Positions 60,771 through 64,000 of a stretch of 64,000 bases of DNA are shown here, piece by piece. The DNA is from Azolla caroliniana. Taxonomy: Eukaryota > Plantae > Polypodiophyta. The stretch is from assembly GCA_043228905.1 (NCBI GenBank), contig JBHGNT010000011.1:16182001-16246000 (forward strand). The letters are read 5' to 3'. The notes under the pieces are model-generated. The model searched no databases. It saw only the letters and a program-made list of their open reading frames with translations, and was not told the DNA's origin. Every line of letters starts with the position of its first letter. Position 1 is the first letter of the stretch. The translations under genes were made by a program, and so were the position numbers.

Positions 60771-63700
60771 TTATATACTTACCGTGTTATCATCGTTCTT
60801 CTTATATACTATGTCCTTCAATCCAGTTGAAAAATTCTGACAGAACTGCAAAGAAGGAAAAATCCCTGAGTTAAATTTCATAATGAAATAAAAAGGATTT
60901 CTCCCTGAACCTCAACAAGCCTGCCCATGCATGGAAGAAAAGAACTGTAACTGTTGTTACCGTAAAAAATCCCTGAGTTAGGTTTCATAATGAAATAAAA
61001 AGGGTTTCCCCCTGAACCTCAACAAGCCTGCCCATGCATGGAAGAAAATAACTGTGTAACTGTTGTTACCGTATCGTACTCCTGGGTATTGCCTTCTGCT
61101 TTCTGAACCTCCACCATAAATAGAGAGGGGCCGAGCTCAAAAACCTGAACCACCAATATCACAGCAAACATCAATATTAATAATTCCCATACTAAACAAT
61201 ATTTCCAACAAAAAAATCCTCATAGAACTGACCTCTGTCGCTACAGATAACTGTCCTTCCCTACCTGCTGTAGCTCCTTGGAGCTTCAACTGCATGAGCA
61301 AACCTCAATATTATTCAACATAAAACAGCCTCCACACATTGCTGGGAGTAAAATGACGAGTGTGAGTATGTATGTGCATAGAAGTTGAGTAGAAATAGAA
61401 CAGAAAAAAGGGCAGAAGTTGTGAATAAGTAACAAGTAGAAATTGAGTGAAATTTTAGTAGAAATAGAATGTAAAAGCTTACTTTGAAATCATGTTTCTC
61501 AACATTGAAACCAAGGGGTTTGGCAGTCTCCTCCATCTTTGAAATGATCTCCGATGCAGGATGCATAGATGTGAAACTTGAACTTTTTTTCATTGTCTGA
61601 GTTTTTAAATGAGAGAAACTGGATCAAAATTCTTTTTTTTTTGGTTTTTTCCAGGGTTAAAAAAACTACTCAGCACAATATGCAACAGACCTCTGTTGTT
61701 TCAAACAACCCGGAGAGATTCAGACCACTAGAGAAAGATATGAGCTCGAATGCATTAAGGAAAGGAGGCTTGGATACTTTGGGTTCCTTCTTTTCAGTCA
61801 CAAAATGCTCCTAATACAGGAAGTTTTCAGCATTCTCAGTAAAAGCTACATCCAGGAGATGCTGATAAAGAATTAAACTACCCATTTGGGTTTCCCATAC
61901 TTTGGAGTCATTGAAGACCATATGGACATCATCAACGTTGATCTCTTCCTCAACCTTATTGTTCTCTGGCTTGTACCCCTCCTTAAACCAGGGATCCTCA
62001 AGAACTTGCGCCATAGTGATCCGCTGCACAATATATAAATCTTGTAAGATTGAGTTGCCCATTCTATATGGACATGCAGCATGTACCCATTTTTTATTCA
62101 CAATTATGTTATGTAGGTCTTACGTGCTTTGGATTTGGTGTCAATATCCTTCTGATCAACTTCTGAGCTCCTTCTGGGAAGCCCCGTGGAGTTCTGTACT
62201 CACTCTTAATAATCTGGGAGCATCAAAAACAGGAATTCGAGTTTAGGCAAAGCCAAACAGGTATATACTATACACCATCCATATGTAGTAGACATGTGGT
62301 GGTGGAACACATATGATTCTTAAGAGATGACACCTTCTTATAAAGCTGCATCAGATTTCCATCTTCAAAAGGTAGCGATCCCGTCATTAAGACGAACAAG
62401 ATTACACCACATGACCATAGGTCTGCTTTTGCTCCATCGTAGCCTTTGCTACAGATGATCTAACACACCACAAAACAAATCAACATGATCAATAACAAAC
62501 AAATATTAACATGTGTATGTGTGAGGAATGCAAATACCTCTGGAGCAACATAATTTGGCGTTCCACATGCAGTATGTAGAAGTCCATCTGTCTGAAGGAG
62601 AAGACTTAATGATTATCAATAATAACACACACGATATTCCTTCATTGCAGAGTGGCAAATGGCAATTGTGAATGTTATATTTGACTTACCAAACATTGTT
62701 CTTTCAATGCACTCAATCCAAAATCAGATATCTTCAGATTGCCATCCTCATCTAGGAGCAAATTTTCAGGCTGCAAAGACAAAACAGGATTGTGTGCTGA
62801 AGGTTAACCTAACAAGAAGACCTATTACACGGCATGCACAGATTCAGATGACCGGTGATCTAATCAATAACCTTCAAGTCCCTGTGATATACACCCTTGC
62901 TGTGGCAGTAGTTTACTGCGTTAATTAGTTGCTGGAAATATTTCCTGGCTTCTCTCTCAGACAGTCTCCGCTGGTATCTCTGAGAACATTCCATATCAGC
63001 TCATAAGGAGAACATCCCAAATTGATTCATAAGAAAACTAACTAGGTACAATAATCCACAATCTAGACCTAGCTCAACTACTTACAATTTTTTTCAGCAA
63101 TTCTCCTCCAGCAGCAAACTCGAGAACAAAGTAAACCTTGGTCTTGCTGGCCATGACCTTCAAATCAGAAAAGAGTACTAATATATAAAACTAACACACA
63201 CATCAAGGCATTTTAGATCTGATATCAATACAAAGATCAGAGAGTGGATCCAAATCAGTAATGATGAAATACGATTGGCAGGTGACTTACTTCGAAAAGT
63301 TGCACTATGTTCGGATGCTTTACCAGCTTCATAGTGGAGATCTCACGTTTGATCTGAGATAATTGTGGAGGTGGAAACAGAGTGAATATGTTTATTGCAG
63401 ATTGCAGAGACCACAAGAAAACTCGGTGCAGTGCAGAGCTCTATCATACACACATACACACATCAAAGAGATCACACACCTGTTCGGATAACTTGTGCTT
63501 CAGAATTTTCTCCTTGTCAAAAATTTTGATGGCGTAAGTATCACCAGTCGTAACATGCCTGGCAAGTTTAACTTTGGCGAAATTTCCCTCACCCAGGGTA
63601 CGGCTAAGCTCATATATGCCCACCCGTGTTCGGACATGAGCATCAAAATCAGCAGAGTGGGAAGAAGAGAAGGATGGGGTGGACGATGAACGAGAGGGGG

Positions 63701-63860
63701 GTCGTGGCCGTGGCAGGGGCCGCGATTGGGGAGGATCAGGAGCAGGGGGAGGGGAGGTGGGATTAACAGCTACATCTGGAGGATTTGGGGAACTACTGTT
63801 GCTACTGCGTACAGAAGAGGAAGGGCCAAGGGGGGATGGATTAGCAGTAGCCGTCTGCAT
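60771..63860 (-). CDS. CIPK: CBL-interacting protein kinase (SnRK3), intron-rich clade (CIPK3/9/23-like); ~512 aa, 14 exons
   Basis: Exons: 63860-63480, 63353-63291, 63157-63086, 62979-62872, 62770-62690, 62591-62538, 62459-62334, 62213-62124, 62023-61901, 61810-61691, 61596-61483, 61289-61233, 61144-61070, 60845-60771. All introns are phase 0. Motifs [38 protein letters not shown] and the NAF motif [20 protein letters not shown]. Confidence 0.95.
60858..61073. repeat. Tandem duplication, 2 x ~108 bp, forming most of CIPK intron 13
   Basis: AAAATCCCTGAGTTA...CCTGAACCTCAACAAGCCTGCCCATGCATGGAAGAAAA...CTGTTGTTACCGTA occurs twice. Confidence 0.92.
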
Positions 63861-64000
63861 TCCTTTGCGATGAAGAAGAAGAAGAAGAAGAAGAAGAAGA
63901 TGATGATGATGATGAGACACAGCAACTAGCGAGTCCTATGCTCTGATCTGCTCTGCTCTGATCTGGTCTGATCTGCCCTACTCTGCAGCTCGTCTGTCAA

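Noticed and set aside
63861-63920. His/Leu-rich N-terminal extension of the CIPK in the ORF track
   Set aside because: It starts at GTG and is a (CAT)n/(CTT)n 5' UTR microsatellite. The first ATG is at 63860.

Overview
This is a eukaryotic, intron-rich land-plant nuclear region. A fern is my guess, from the PLS-PPR style, the microsatellite load and the repeat landscape, but the sequence does not prove it. I reconstructed 10 protein-coding genes with canonical GT-AG splicing and consistent phases: a PLS/E-class PPR (running off the left edge), an HCF243-like EPTSPKV protein, an intronless atypical B3 transcription factor, a GH35 beta-galactosidase, rhomboid RBL14, the ferredoxin-thioredoxin reductase catalytic subunit, a trihelix TF, a small YDxxSYxLNFD-type protein, a compact plastid-type TADA and an intron-rich CIPK. 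The window also holds a PPR/tRNase Z/PPR mosaic pseudogene, a decayed Ty1/copia element in FTR intron 1, other LTR/MITE relics, and many 20-260 bp head-to-tail duplications, several of which copy splice sites or a C-terminus. I found no rRNA, tRNA or CRISPR features and cannot establish a new biological system from sequence alone. The best leads are the in-frame PPR-tRNase Z mosaic, the minimal TADA with a tandem splice donor, the atypical B3 gene, and duplication-driven remodelling of splice sites and the CIPK C-terminus. Family assignments rest on recalled motifs, not database searches.
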